From: the human T2T-CHM13v2.0 reference genome, Homo sapiens
DNA length: 64,000 nt
NCBI RefSeq assembly: GCF_009914755.1
Contig: NC_060937.1
Reading direction: 5' to 3' (one strand)
The position numbers were made by a program, and so were the translations under genes. The notes under the pieces were generated by a model, which did not search any database, was not told where the DNA came from, and saw only the letters and a list, made by a program, of their open reading frames with translations. Shown one piece after another: positions 12,632 to 24,960 of the stretch. How positions within the stretch are numbered: position 1 is the stretch's first letter; each line of letters begins with the position of its first letter.

Positions 12632-12945
12632 GGGACATCCCTACTCCAGCGTCACCCTCCCAGGACGGTGAACTGTGCGAGTGAATTCACACACCTGCCT
12701 TGATGGTAGGGACGTCCCTCCTCCAGCATCACCCTCCCAGGACGGTGAACTGTGCGGGTGAATTCACACACCTGCCTTGATGGTAGGGACGTCCCTCCTC
12801 CAGCGTCACCCTCCCAGGACGGTGAACTGTGCGGGTGAATTCACACACCTGCCTTGATGGTAGGGACGTCCCTCCTCCAGCGTCACCCTCCCAGGACGGT
12901 GAGCTGTGCGGGTGAATTCACACACCTGCCTTGGTGGTAGGGACG
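12632..12945. repeat. 77-bp minisatellite x4
   Basis: CTCCAGC recurs at 12644, 12721, 12798 and 12875. The unit contains GTGAATTCAC and AGGGACGTCCCT. Confidence 0.97.
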
Positions 12946-13371
12946 ACCTAGATGGAATCGGAGGGCATTGGGAGCATTCAGCACAGAGGCTTTCAAACGT
13001 GGGGCACTTTCTTTGGATGGAAGCAAAGGGGAAACCCCCCGAAGTCCCCCCGCACGGCTGCCATGCAGGCTCAGGGTCAGGTTCTCCTCCTTCAAGGCTG
13101 GAGTGCCTGGGCTCCATCGTCAGCCTCCTTCTCCACCTGCGTTGGTTCCTTAGCCAAAGCCATCCAGTCCGGGCCTGCAGCTGGGAGACAGGGAAGAAGA
13201 GGATGTGTGGGGCCCGTGGCACTTGACCTGGGTGACATGAGGGTCACTTCCAACACGGCCAGTGTGCAGCCTCCCAGGTCCCTGAGGTCGGCGTCTCCGG
13301 GTCAACCCTTAGTGACATCTCCAGGCCCAGGTGGCCTTGAAGTGTGGACACAGGTGGGCACCACTGGGACA

Positions 13372-13443
13372 AGCAGCCGTTCCCACACCAGCAGCCAGTT
13401 CCCACGCCAGCAGCCAGTTCCCACACCGGCAGTTCCCACACCC
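13372..13443. repeat. Short degenerate tandem repeat (CAGCAGCCAGTTCCCACAC) x~4
   Basis: Read directly from the sequence. Confidence 0.8.
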
Positions 13444-13619
13444 AGGGAAAGGGAGACCGTGCCCGGGGCTGGCCCCTCGGGACGGCCTAGGCGTGAGTGC
13501 CAGTGACATAACCAATTCTGAGGAAATTGCAAAAGACAAGGCATGCACTTTGAGTGGTTGCGTAACAGGCTGTGAAGGGCCTCTGCCTGAAATGCTTGTA
13601 TTTTTCAGAAAGCCTTGTT

Positions 13620-13975
13620 ACAACCTGCCATAACAAAATTCCGCAGACTGGGTGGCTTACTTCTTCGTGGTTCTGGAGGCCGGAAGTCCAAGACCAAGGT
13701 GTGAGTAGGGCTGGTTCCTCCGGAGGCTCCTCTCCTGGGCTTCTGGATGCTGCCCTCTGCCTGTGTCCTCGCCCGGCCGTCCCTGTGTGTGTCTGTCCTA
13801 ACCTCCTCTTCCTATAAGGACACTGGTCCTACTGGATGAGGGCCAACCCCTATGGCTTCATTTTACCCAACGATCTCTTTAAGACCCCACTGCCAAATGC
13901 GGTCCCATTGGGAGGTCCTGGGGGTGAGGGCTGCAGTGTATGAAAGTGGGGGAGACGCAGTGCAGCTGGTGACGC
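13620..13975 (-). mobile_element. MaLR solo LTR, MLT1B-like
   Basis: 'ctgccataacaaaattccgcagactgggtggctta...gttctggaggccggaagtccaagaccaaggtg...tcctcttcctataaggacactggtc'. Confidence 0.85.
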
Positions 13976-14030
13976 AGCCCCGCAGAGCTGAGCGCGTTGC
14001 CTGGCACACACTCGTGCCGACTCAGTGTGC

Positions 14031-14466
14031 GGCTGGGTTGGTGGCCCCTCGAAGGCGTCTGTTAAATTTGTTTATTTCTAGCATCGCAGAGTCACCAAGA
14101 AAGCGAGGCTGGAGCTCCACTCTCTCTGTGGGTTTGTCGTCACGCAGTGCAGCTTTCTCACAGAGTGGATCAAAGACTCACCACACTTTAAAAAAAGGAA
14201 GAAGAAAGAAGAAGAAGAAGGAGAAGGAGAAGGGGAAGGACAAAAATTTCAGATAAGTTGACTCCTGGGGGCTGGCGCAGCTCCACGGGACGCCCTCCAC
14301 AGCTGGTGGCCTCGGCTTCTCCTGAAAAATGCTTCATTCACTCCGGCAGCTGTGCCCTCGGGGGCTGCCACATGCCTGAAACTGAGGCATGGAGAGCCCA
14401 TCTCTGCAGCAGAACCAGCAGCAGTGGGTACAGGAGAGCCAGTGACACTCAGGCCCGGGACCACGC
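14031..14466 (+). repeat. Donor arm of a local inverted duplication (partner 16255-16670)
   Basis: The reverse complement aligns colinearly with 16255-16670. There are 9 mismatches in a 70-bp block checked by hand (14101-14170 vs 16531-16600). Confidence 0.95.
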
Positions 14467-14834
14467 CAGCCTCGCCAGGCAGAGACGGAGCACAGAGCCC
14501 AGGTGACCTGCACACTCAGGTCACAGAAACAACTGAAGCCCAGGCCCCCAGGCTCAGGCCGGAGACCCCAGCGCTGGCCTTGCTGTTGCAGGAGTGGGTG
14601 GGCTTCTTTTCTCCCTGCTGTGCCACACCAGACTCACTGCCCACCGGGGCTTTCGCCGGAGAGAGAAAATACTGAGGTAAACGAGGCCTGCTTGGGCTGT
14701 TGAGGTCCCTGAAAGTCCGTGGCTGTAAACTAGTTCAGCAGTTACAACACAGAGCTTGTGGAACATGAGGGAAGCCCCTGGGAGTTGATCGAAACATGTA
14801 TAAGGAGAGAGTGTAATAATTAATGGTAATAAAA

Positions 14835-15035
14835 TCATAATAATGCCACTTACCACGCACCAGGCACTGTCCTAGGACTCTGCGTATATTAACTCATTTC
14901 ATTCTCACAATAAACTCATGAAATCTTCCCCAGTTTTCAGTGATGAACCAGAGCCACGAGGGCTCAAAAAATATGCCCCATGTCATCCAACCGGAAGGTG
15001 ACAGCCAGGATCTCCACCCAGGTGGGCTCCTAGGT
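14835..15035 (-). mobile_element. MIR SINE
   Basis: 'caggcactgtcctaggactctgcgtatattaactcatttcattctcacaataaactcatga...ccagttttcag'. Confidence 0.75.
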
Positions 15036-15364
15036 CCTGCTTCAGACTTGCACATTAGAAGCCTGTGCAGCTGGTGACAGCTCCCACCTGGCTTTCACGC
15101 ACCTTTAACTCAACAATAGAGGCAGCCCCTGATGATGAGGAAGGAGATGGGGTGATGGGGTGCAGGCCGTAGTGTCGAAGGGCAGAGGAGGGAAACACCC
15201 AAAGGAGGCCGACAGCCACTCTCAGAGGGCGCGATGCCTGGTGGACATGGAATAGCCTGACAACCGGTTGTCTTGGTGCTGGAAATCCCGTCTCATCCTG
15301 ACACTCAGCCGCGTGACCCTGGCAAGTCACTTAACATCAAAAGCTTTATTTTCCTAATTTATGC

Positions 15365-15915
15365 ATGTGACAGGTTGCATTTTCCAGTGATGGCTACACT
15401 GGTATATTTAGTCCAACCGCATGGTCTCCCACAATGCCCCTCCCACTGAGGGGCTCCCCTCCCACTGAGGGGCTCCTTACTGCCCCAACCAATGGACTGC
15501 CAATCTAGGTCATGAAATGTGTGGACCCCTGCCTGGCACGTGCACTCTCTCTTTCTCTCCCTCCCCATGACCACAGTGCCGCCTCGCACCCTCGGTCTCT
15601 GTCTCTCTGTCTCACCATGTCTCTCCCAACGTTCACCTTTGGAACTCAGCCACCATGTTGTAAGGAAGTCTTGACACAGGGGGATGCCACGTGTAACATT
15701 CTAGTGACAGCCCCAGCTGCAGTCCTAGCTGGCAGCTATCACCCCCCGCAAGGCCTGTGGGTGGATGAGCCTTCGGGGGGGTCCAGCCCCCAAGCTTCCT
15801 GTCGTCCTGCTGAAGCCCAGACTTCAGGGAGCAGGGTGGAGCCATCTGTGCTGTACCCCATCCCTGTTCCTGACCCACAGAAATGGATAACAATATAATC
15901 AATTGGAGTGTAATT
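15365..15915 (+). mobile_element. MaLR solo LTR, MLT1G-like
   Basis: Start 'tgtgacaggttgcattttccagtgatggctacac'. Internal 'ttggaactcagccaccatgttgtaaggaag', 'gacagccccagctg' and 'ttcctgacccacagaa'. Confidence 0.75.
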
Positions 15916-16078
15916 TTCTATTTTAGGTATTTGTGAAAATTAAGTGAGACTATGTGAAAAGGTTTTGTAAACCATTATGAGATACACAAGTATTGGACAT
16001 TATTATGACAATACTTATGAGAAGCGCCTTGGGTTCTTGAGCACGGAGGTCCAGTTGTAGTATTTCTTTCTAAGCTGC

Positions 16079-16863
16079 TGTTATGGTTTGAATGTTTGTG
16101 TCTCCTCCAAAATTCACATTGAAACTTCATCCCCAGCGCGGCAGTAGTAAGAGGTGGGGCCTTTAGGAGGTGGTAGGCCCTGCGGGTTCTGCCCTCATGA
16201 ATGGGACTAGTAACTTTATAAAAGGGCTGGAGGGAGCTAGCTTGGCCCATTCCTGCGTGGCCCCAGGTCTGAGTGTCACTGGCTCCCCTGCGCCCACTGC
16301 TGCGGGTTCTGCTGCAGAGACGGGCTCTCCATGGCTCAGCTTCAGGCATGTGGCAGCCCTGGGGGGCCACAGCCACTAGAGTGAATGAAGCATTTGTCAG
16401 GAGAAGCTGAGGCCACCAGCTGTGGAGGATGTAGGTGGAGCTGCTCCAGCCCCCAGGTGTCAACGTATCTGAAATTTTTGCCTGATTTTTGCCTTTCCCT
16501 CTTTTTTTTTTAAAGTGTGGTGAGTCTTTGATCCAGTCTGTGAGAAAGCTGTACCCCGTGACGACAAAACCACAGAGATGGTGGAGCTCCAGCCTCACTC
16601 TCTTGGTGACTCCACGATGCTATAAATAAATAAATTTAACAGACAACTTCGAGGGACCACCAACCCAGCCCTTTGGTCATGTGAGGACACAGCATTGAAG
16701 GCACCATCTTGGAAACACAAAAGCATGTCCTCACAGACTTGGAACCTGCTGGTGTCTTGATCTTGGACTTCCCAGCCTCCAGAGCTAAGACAATAAGTTT
16801 CTACTGTGTATAAATTACCCAGTCTATAGTATTTGGTTATAGCAGCACAAATGGTCTAAAACA
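16079..16863 (+). mobile_element. MaLR solo LTR (MSTD/MLT1A-like) split by a 416-bp foreign insert
   Basis: 5' part 16079-16254 'tgttatggtttgaatgtttgtgtc...ataaaagggctggagggagctagc'. 3' part 16671-16863 'catgtgaggacacagc...ttggacttcccagcctccag...taaattacccagtct...taaaaca'. Confidence 0.88.
16255..16670 (-). repeat. Inserted inverted copy of 14031-14466
   Basis: Colinear reverse-complement match to the donor. It interrupts an otherwise contiguous LTR. Confidence 0.95.
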
Positions 16864-17497
16864 GTCATGCTGACAGTTTCAATAGAAATTTGGTAAGGAG
16901 AGTCTTGCAAAATCTGTGAGCTCTTAATACATAATATGTTTTCCATCCCCTGTCTCTGAGGTGTTGGTGCCCTACAGCACCTGCTGCTAGTGTGATGGCC
17001 ACCATCTACTGAGCATCTGTTTTGTACTAGGCGCGAGTAACCTGGAGCAGAGACTTCCCATCATTCCTCAATTGGCAGGATCCCTGTGATTGGATCTTCC
17101 ACAGAATTGGGTGTCAGAAGCTGCTTAGTTGTCAGGGCGATTTCTCTGCTCTGAAACCTAGGGTGGGGCCATGGCTCACTGTGGAGGCAGAGGACATCCT
17201 CCTATACCAAAGCACTGGGGTCCAACGTGGCCTGTGGTGTGAGGCATGGCAGATGCCATACAGTGTGGGGCTTAACTTAGCCACAGAGTTCAGGCAACTG
17301 TATCTGATCCTGAAGTGTTATTTTCTCTATATATTACTAGTTTATATACATAAAACTATTAATCCTGATATGGCACTCTTTTTACATGAAAACATTCCAA
17401 GAGCGTGAAGTGAATGCGTTTGGCCTCGGATGGAAGGAGAGCGAAGGGACGGAGAATTGACTTCCTGAGTCATGGACTGGACGCCGAATGTAGTACC

Positions 17498-17888
17498 TGT
17501 ATCGATCAGATTTCCCCAGGGAAATAAAACCAAGTCTATATCCACATATATCTCAAGGGAGACAGAGAGAGGGGAGGGGAGTGTGAAGAACCCGTCCTGC
17601 ACAGTTTTGGGGCCTAGTGGGTAAGTCTGATTTTCTGGGCAGCTGGAAACTGAGGCAGGATCAGGCCCTTCCCAGGAGTTTCCTCCTCTGCAGGGGGACC
17701 TCGGCTCCCCTCTCCAGGCCTTTCTGCTGACCAGTCAGCCTCCCCACCCCGACGAGGTTATGCAGGATGATCTCCTCTACGACAGGGTAATGGGGGGTGT
17801 TCGTCTCATTTACAGAATACGTTCACGGCAGCACCGCGTAACCGAGCATGGTGGCCTGGCCAGGGGACTCCCAAGCCTGACTGTCTCA
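17498..17888 (-). mobile_element. ERVL LTR, MLT2-family (3' LTR)
   Basis: 'tgtatcgatcagatttccccagggaaataaaacc...gctggaaactgaggcagga...catttacagaatacgttcacggcagcacc'. It abuts ERVL internal sequence. Confidence 0.7.
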
Positions 17889-18835
17889 GTCTACTCTTGG
17901 ACCTGCCACCCTCCACATTGCCTGAGTCTTATACTCGTCTCCAGATCAAGACAGCAGCAAAGTCACACTGCTGCCCGAAACACAAGTATGCTGCACGCAA
18001 CTGAAAACATGCTCCCTTTCCCCAGAAGATGAATGTCTGGGTGATGTCCAGGCTTATCCTGGATGTCCTGCAGCAGAAATGAGGGAGGCCTGTACATGAG
18101 AGTCGCCCCAGCCGGTACAGTCACCCCCATCTTCGCATGCTGGTTCTGTGGCACAGGGAGTCCAAGGCAGGCCTCACTTTCAGTTCAATGGAATCACTGC
18201 TGTGTCTCCTGGTGGAAGCATTTCTCCCTTGGGAACTGACACCTGTTGGCCAGCAGGGGTGTTGGGGACAGGAAACAAAAATGTTGCCAGTGGGTCACTA
18301 GGGGTAACACTGAGTGGTGCCACTCTCATTTCCACCCTGTTGATTCCTGGGCCCGTGAATCCCGGCCAGGAGAGACAGCACTACATAAAATCTGATGCAG
18401 ATTTAAAGCACCTTGGGAAGAACCTTGCCCCAGCCCTGCAAGGGGCTGCCACCTGGCTGGCATGGTAACTGAGTCTTCAAAAGGCCATTCCTCTGTTCCA
18501 TGAAGCCAGCCACTCCAGGACGGTGGGAACATGGTAAGACTGGGGAATCCGTGAGCGTGGGCCCATTGCAGCCCTTCTTTCCTACAAGGTGAGTTCCTTG
18601 GTCAAAAGCAATGCTGTGTAGAATACCATGACAGTGGGAAAGGCATTCTGTAAGTCCTCGGATAGCCGTTTTGGCAGAAGCATTGCATGCAGGGAAGGCA
18701 AATCCGTATCTGGAGTAAGTGTCAATTCCAGTAATAATAAAGCACTGCCCTGTCCACAATGGAAGTGGTCCAGTGTAACCAGCTGGCTACCAGGCAGCTG
18801 GCTGATCATGCCAGAGAACGGTAAAACACCTGGAA
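17889..18835 (-). pseudogene. ERVL internal remnant including a frameshifted integrase
   Basis: ORF 18403-18759(-) reads GIDTYSRYGFAFPACNASAKTAIRGLTECLSHCHGILHSIAFDQGTH...GFMEQRNGLLKTQL, matching the HERV-L integrase DDE core. 17889-18030 is the ERVL 3' internal end. Confidence 0.9.
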
Positions 18836-18839
18836 CTCA

Positions 18840-19122
18840 GGATTGGGTGTGAGCGTTGCTATAGACTGGGAGAGAGGAAGGAGACCTTTAATACAATTTA
18901 AACTTGGAATGGATTGGGTAAGAGCGTTACTGTAGACTAGGAAAGAGGAAGGAGACCTTTAATACAATTTAAACTTGGAATGGATTGGGTAAGAGCGTTG
19001 CTATAGACTAGGACAGAGGAAGGAGACCTTTCATACAATTTAAACTTGGAATGGATTGGGTAAGAGCGTTACTGTAGACTAGGAGAGAGGAAGGAGACCT
19101 TTAATACAATTTAAACTTGGAA
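18840..19122. repeat. 71-bp minisatellite x4
   Basis: GAGCGTT recurs at 18851, 18922, 18993 and 19064. Confidence 0.96.
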
Positions 19123-19194
19123 AGATGTTTTCCTTTGAGTGAAGACCACTAAGTGAGGAGGAAGGAGCTTGCAAGCCGCCGGGTCATGCACCAC

Positions 19195-19600
19195 TACCCA
19201 GACAGTGTTGTTGCCTGCCCAGCAGCCATTTCTCTCAGGTCTTCTCTGCTAGTGCAGCCTCAGTTTTGCTCAGATACTGGCTGAAAAGTCCCCAACCTCA
19301 GAGGAGGCCAGTTCCTGCCTCAAGCCGGGGGATAAACCGTGGTTGCTCAGAAACAGCCATGGGGATCCCTTTCCATGCCAGTAGGTTAGGCCGTGTGTGC
19401 CTGTGTGCCCAACTCTTGCCATAAAGTGTAGGAGAAACTTGGCCAGGGGATGCTATGGAAAATATTTTTCCCAGATGAAAAGGAGTATCTTCCCAGAGAG
19501 AAAGCTTCCTTCTGCACCTGTCTCCTACCTTTCTCCTTCAGATGTTGCTGTTTGGAGCTGAGGCAGCCGTCCTGTGACCATCTGTCAACAAAGGTAAGGA
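19195..19600 (+). mobile_element. Old MaLR LTR fragment, MLT1K-like
   Basis: 'gcctgcccagcagccatt...cccaactcttgccataaag...tggagctgaggcagccgtcctgtgaccat'. Confidence 0.55.
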
Positions 19601-19966
19601 TAAAAAGACAAGCTCAAAAAGATATTGGCGCGATATTTATCAAAGTTATTTTTAAGAGCAAAAATGAAGAAAGAAATTTTTAAAATGTCCATACAGTGAA
19701 ATACAATCATAGACATGTTATTGGTAAGAAAATGTTTACGATAATTTATTAGGGGACAAAGGCAGGTCACGAATGGGATGTAGGAACCCATCCTGTGGGT
19801 AGGTGGGCGTGTCTGCAAAAGACCATAGGAAAATACATCAATACTGGTCATCTTTGGATGGTAAAATTATGAGTGACATTTGTTTTCTAATTTTTCTTCA
19901 ATGCATTTGTAATACATTGTGTATATCTCAGTACTGAATTGTAATGTGAAATGTTTTCTTACGGTG

Positions 19967-20341
19967 TGATATGGTTTGGATCTGTGTCCTCACCCAAATC
20001 TCATGTTGAATTTAATTCCCAGTGTTGGAGGAGGGAACTGGTGGGAGGTGACTGGATCATGGGGTGGACTTCCCCCTTGCTGTTCTTGTGATAGTGAGTG
20101 AGTTCTCCTGAGATCTCCTTGTTTAAAGGGTGTAGCACCTCCCCACCCACTTGCTCTCTCTCTGCTGCTAGACATGTGAAGACATGCCTGCTTCCCCTTT
20201 GCCTTCCACCATGATGATAAGTTTCCTGAGGCCTCCCCAGAAGCCGAAGCCTGTACAGCTCACAGAACCATGAGCCAATTAAACCTCTTTTCTTTATAAA
20301 TTACCCAGTCTCAGATGGTTCTTTATAGCAAAGCCAATACA
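19967..20341 (+). mobile_element. MaLR solo LTR, MSTA-like
   Basis: 'tgatatggtttggatctgtgtcctcacccaaatctcatgttgaa...gccaattaaacctcttttctttataaattacccagtctcag'. Probable 5-bp TSD cggtg/cagtg. Confidence 0.92.
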
Positions 20342-20467
20342 CAGTGGAACACAGTTAAAAAAAAAAAAGAAAAGAAAAAATAGTCAGTGTTCTTCAAAAT
20401 GGGACTTTACCTAAAAGTAGAATCACTGTATTATTAGGAATGCAAAAATCTTCAACGTGAGTAGAGG

Positions 20468-20913
20468 TGTAGTTTCCTGGGGGCAGCCATAACAAATCGT
20501 CACAAAGTAAGTAGCTTCCAAGAACAGAAATGTGTTGTTTCTCAGTTCTGGATACAGAGTCAGAAATTAAGCTGTCAGCAGCTGTGCTCCCTCTGAAGGC
20601 TCCAGAGGAGAATCCTTCCTTGCCTTTTCCAGCTTTTGGTGGCTCCAAGCATCCCTTGGCTGGTGGCTGCATCACTGCAACCTCTGCCTCCATCTTTACA
20701 TGGCTTCTCCCTTGTGTCACTGTGTCCTGTCCTCCTAAGGGCACTGGTCATTGGATTCAGGACTCCAAATCCAGGAAGATTTCATCTCAAGATCTTTAAC
20801 TTGACTCATCCGCAAAGATCCTTTTGTGAATCTTTTGTGAATAAGGTCACATTCATAGTTACTAGGGATTAAGACACACATATTTTTTGGAGGGACATTA
20901 TTCAACCCAGTAG
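20468..20913 (-). mobile_element. MaLR solo LTR, MLT1C-like
   Basis: 'gcagccataacaaat...ctccctctgaaggctccagaggagaatccttccttgcc...aataaggtcacattc...attcaaccc'. Confidence 0.88.
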
Positions 20914-21064
20914 AGTGGATAATACCAAGTGGCTTTCAAAAGGGACTTTTACTACTGAATTCTCATGACATGAGGTTGTGAGAGTTCCACTTACTCTGTA
21001 TCCTCACATTTTTTATTGTCAGGTTGTTTAATTTTGTTAATCAGGTACCTATGAATTATTATCT

Positions 21065-21497
<433 letters not shown>

Positions 21498-22464
21498 TTA
21501 ATTCATATTTTTCTGATTGCTAAAGAGATTATCTTCTTTCTTTCTTTTCTTCTCCTTTTGCTATTCATGTTTCTATTCATGTCTTCTGTGAAACACTTGT
21601 TCATGTCTTTTTTCCATTTCTATCGTGTTTATTTCTTTTTGATTTGCAGGTCATGTGGCTAACTTTGTCAGGAGGGACCAGTCTTCAGGGCATCTGTAGC
21701 ATTTTTTATTTCCATCCGTAACGCACCAGTGCTCCCGATGCTCCCCATCCTTGCCAGCACTGAGTGTTTGGAACCTGTTTTATTGCAGGCCTGCTCATAG
21801 GCATGCAGTTGTATCTCGCAGTGGCTTTAAGTTGCATCTCCGAAAGGACTAATGATGCTGAATATCTTTTCACGTGCTAAGGTGCTTTCCACATATTCTC
21901 TTTGGTGACACGTCTGTTGCCTACTTTTATACTGGTTGCTTATTTCCTACTGTTGAGTTTTCAGAGTTCTTTATAGACTCTGGATAACAGTCTTTCATTG
22001 GATATGTGACTTGCAAATATTTTTTCTCAGTCTATAGGTTACCTTTTAAGTCTACTCAGCAGTGTCTCTTGCAAAGGAGAAAATTTTACTTTTGATTAAG
22101 TCCAATAATTATTTCATTTGATTGATGAAGTATGCTTTTGGAGTCATATCTACCAGTTCTTTGACTAATCCCAGGTCACAAAGAATTTCTTCTACACTTT
22201 TTTCTAAACATTTTATAGTTTTGTGTTTTACATTTAGTCCTAAGATCTGTTTCCGTTTTGTATAAGCTGTGAGTGTCAAGTCAAAGCTCTTTTTATTTAA
22301 CTTTTTGCATATGGTTATCCAATTGTTCCAACACAATTTGTCGAAAAGACATCTTTTCTTCTTTGAATTGCCTTTGTAACAGTGTAAAAACCCAAATGGT
22401 CATGTTTGTGTGAGTTTATTTCTAGACTCTCCGGTGGGCATCCTTTCTGTGACAGCACATATAG

Positions 22465-22723
22465 ATATCCTTTCGGTGATAGCATCCTTTCTGTGATAGC
22501 ATCCTTTCGGTGATAGCATCCTTTCTGTGATAGTATCCTTTCTGTGACGGCATCCTTTCGGTGATAGCATCCTTTCTGTGACGGCATCCTTTCTGTGACG
22601 GTATCCTTTCTGTGACGGTACCCTTTCTGTGACGGTATCCTTTCTGTGACGGTATCCTTTCTGTGACGGTATCCTTTCTGTGACGGCATCCTTTCTGTGA
22701 CGGCATCCTTTCTGTGATAGCAT
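22465..22723. repeat. 17-bp minisatellite x~15 inside L1
   Basis: Unit G(C/T)ATCCTTTC(T/G)GTGA(CG/TA). Confidence 0.96.
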
Positions 22724-24239
22724 ACTTCCTTCATCACCACATCTTTACAATGTCTTAAAATTGAGTAGTGTGATTCCTCCAACTTTACTCATCTTTTTCA
22801 AACATGATTTGGGCATTCTATTTTCTTTGAATTTCCAGATAAATTTTAAAATTTGATTCTCTATATCTATAAGAAATCCATAATTTGGGGAGCTTCCCAG
22901 CTCTTAGGATGGATATACTTTGTCTATTCTGGAAAATTACCCATCTGTCTCCACTTGTTCCCGTAACTATTCTGTAATTATCATCATAAATGTGGCAATC
23001 ATCCTCACTTGATCCTTAAAGCCTCTTAATATTTATTTCCTATTTTTCTCTTTTTTCTTCCAGAACTGCATTCTGAATAATTTCTTCAACTTTATCTTCC
23101 AGCTCCTTGATTCTCTCTGCAGTTGTATCAAATGTGCTGCTTACCCTTTCTGTTGAGTCTAATTTCATATACATATTAAAAAATTCTAGGGCTTTTGAGT
23201 GGTTTTGAAATCTTCCTGGTCAATTTTGACAACCTTATGCTGCTTTCTCAGACTTTTAATATCCTCGTGTATTTCCTTCAATGTGTTAAACATTCTTCTT
23301 TTCTGTTCTGTATCTAATGCTTTCTGTATCTTCAGTTCTTTGCAGTTGACTTTTTGCCTCACGTCTTATTTCCTGTGTGTTTCTTGGTTTTGATTATGAG
23401 CCCATGTGTCTTGGTATTTTATCTTTCATAATTCTTTGAGGATTTAAAGTGAGTTTCTTCAAGGAGGATTTTATTTTGTTTCTTCCAAGAACTCAGGAGT
23501 ACTATCAATTCTGGGATGCTTCAAGTTAAATTTTTGTCTTTCTTAACAATCATATAGTTAGTGTACATTTGGACCTCAAAGCCCGTGAGCGCAGGCTTAT
23601 GGCTGGGAATTCTGAGGGAAGACTTTACTTGCACTGCTCTCAGAGCCAAGGCTGAGGCCACCATCAGTGGGCAGAAGTTTCTGTTCCACTGATTCGGGTA
23701 CTGTGCCCTGGCCGCCCCGCACAGGCCTCAGGCTCCGTCTCCTTCGAGAGTGAGGTCCGCTGAAAGTCGGATGACCAGGACCATGGGTGCTAGCAGATAC
23801 CTCGGGGAAGAGTGCCAGTTTAAATGCACCTTTATTTTCTCAACGTGTTTCTGACTCTGATAAATTCTGTTATTTTCCCTCAAACTCGGCCATTCAGTAA
23901 AAGAATTTTTTTTCTTTTCATCTATCTGGCATGTTAAGTGTGGTGTACCAAAGCTAGTTGTTTTTGAAAAGCAAATCCATCGAATTACTGAAAATAAAGT
24001 CCAGGCACCTTGAACTTTAAAATTGTAAACACACCCATCATTGCTCCATAAGTCCTGGCAGATAATGTGACCTAACCTTCCTCATTTTGTAGATAAACTA
24101 ACTGAGGCTCAGACCTACAAAAGTTAAGCAGGAAAGAACACAGCGATGGGATGGAAGCCACAGCCCAGAGCCCTGGGCCCCTGGCAGGACACTTCCTGTC
24201 CCCCTCTGCGCCCTGAGCAGCCAGTTTCCAGTTCAGGGC

Positions 24240-24960
24240 TTTGTAGCTGAGCGCGCAGCCCCAGCCTTGCTGACATAGCACCTTCGACCCAGGCTTTGCA
24301 GGTGGCCGGCGGCGGGGAACAGTGGCCAAGTCCCCCGGGGGGTCTGGTGAGCAAGGGCAGGGGGAGATTCGTGACAGGAACGATGCCCAGAGTGAAACAG
24401 AAGGGGCGATAAGCAGTGCCCCGCCAGCCCACGAGCCACAGGGAGCCACACGGAGACGTCACGCGGCACACGTGGAGTCCCACACCCACGTCGCACAGAG
24501 TCCGGGCTCTACACATTTGCAGGTGGCTTGCACATCAGGAAAACCAGTGAAGCCCCCGCGGAAGGAAGCCTTTCCTAGCTGCGCGTGCCGGTTGGATACA
24601 GCCCGAATTAGTGCTATTTTCCAACGTGAAGTTCTGTTTTGGCCGAAATAAGAAAGCGACCCACACTCGGAAGGAAGCACCTGAGACTCGTGTCCTTCCT
24701 CGTTGGCTCGTTGGTGCTCGGCGGCGCCAGACCGCTGTCCGAGAGACGACATCTCAGCGGACACAGCGCATCTGTGTGGCCAGCACAGATACAGAGAACC
24801 CCGGAGTAAGCCTCCTCCCGCCTCCCCAAACCCACACCCATGCCAGCGTTTCCGCGCTCACCCCGTTGTCCCTGCAGGCCCTGGCTGGGCATGAACTGGG
24901 CGCCTTCATCCCAGCGCCGTGTCCGGGTGCGCGCCGAAAAGGCCGAATTCCGGTTTCTTG
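24240..24960. promoter_or_regulatory. CpG-enriched non-repeat segment (weak CpG island)
   Basis: Visible excess of CpG over the flanks (ggccggcggcgg, gtcacgcggcacacgtg, gcgcgtgccgg, gtgcgcgccgaaaaggccg). No O/E value computed. Confidence 0.45.
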
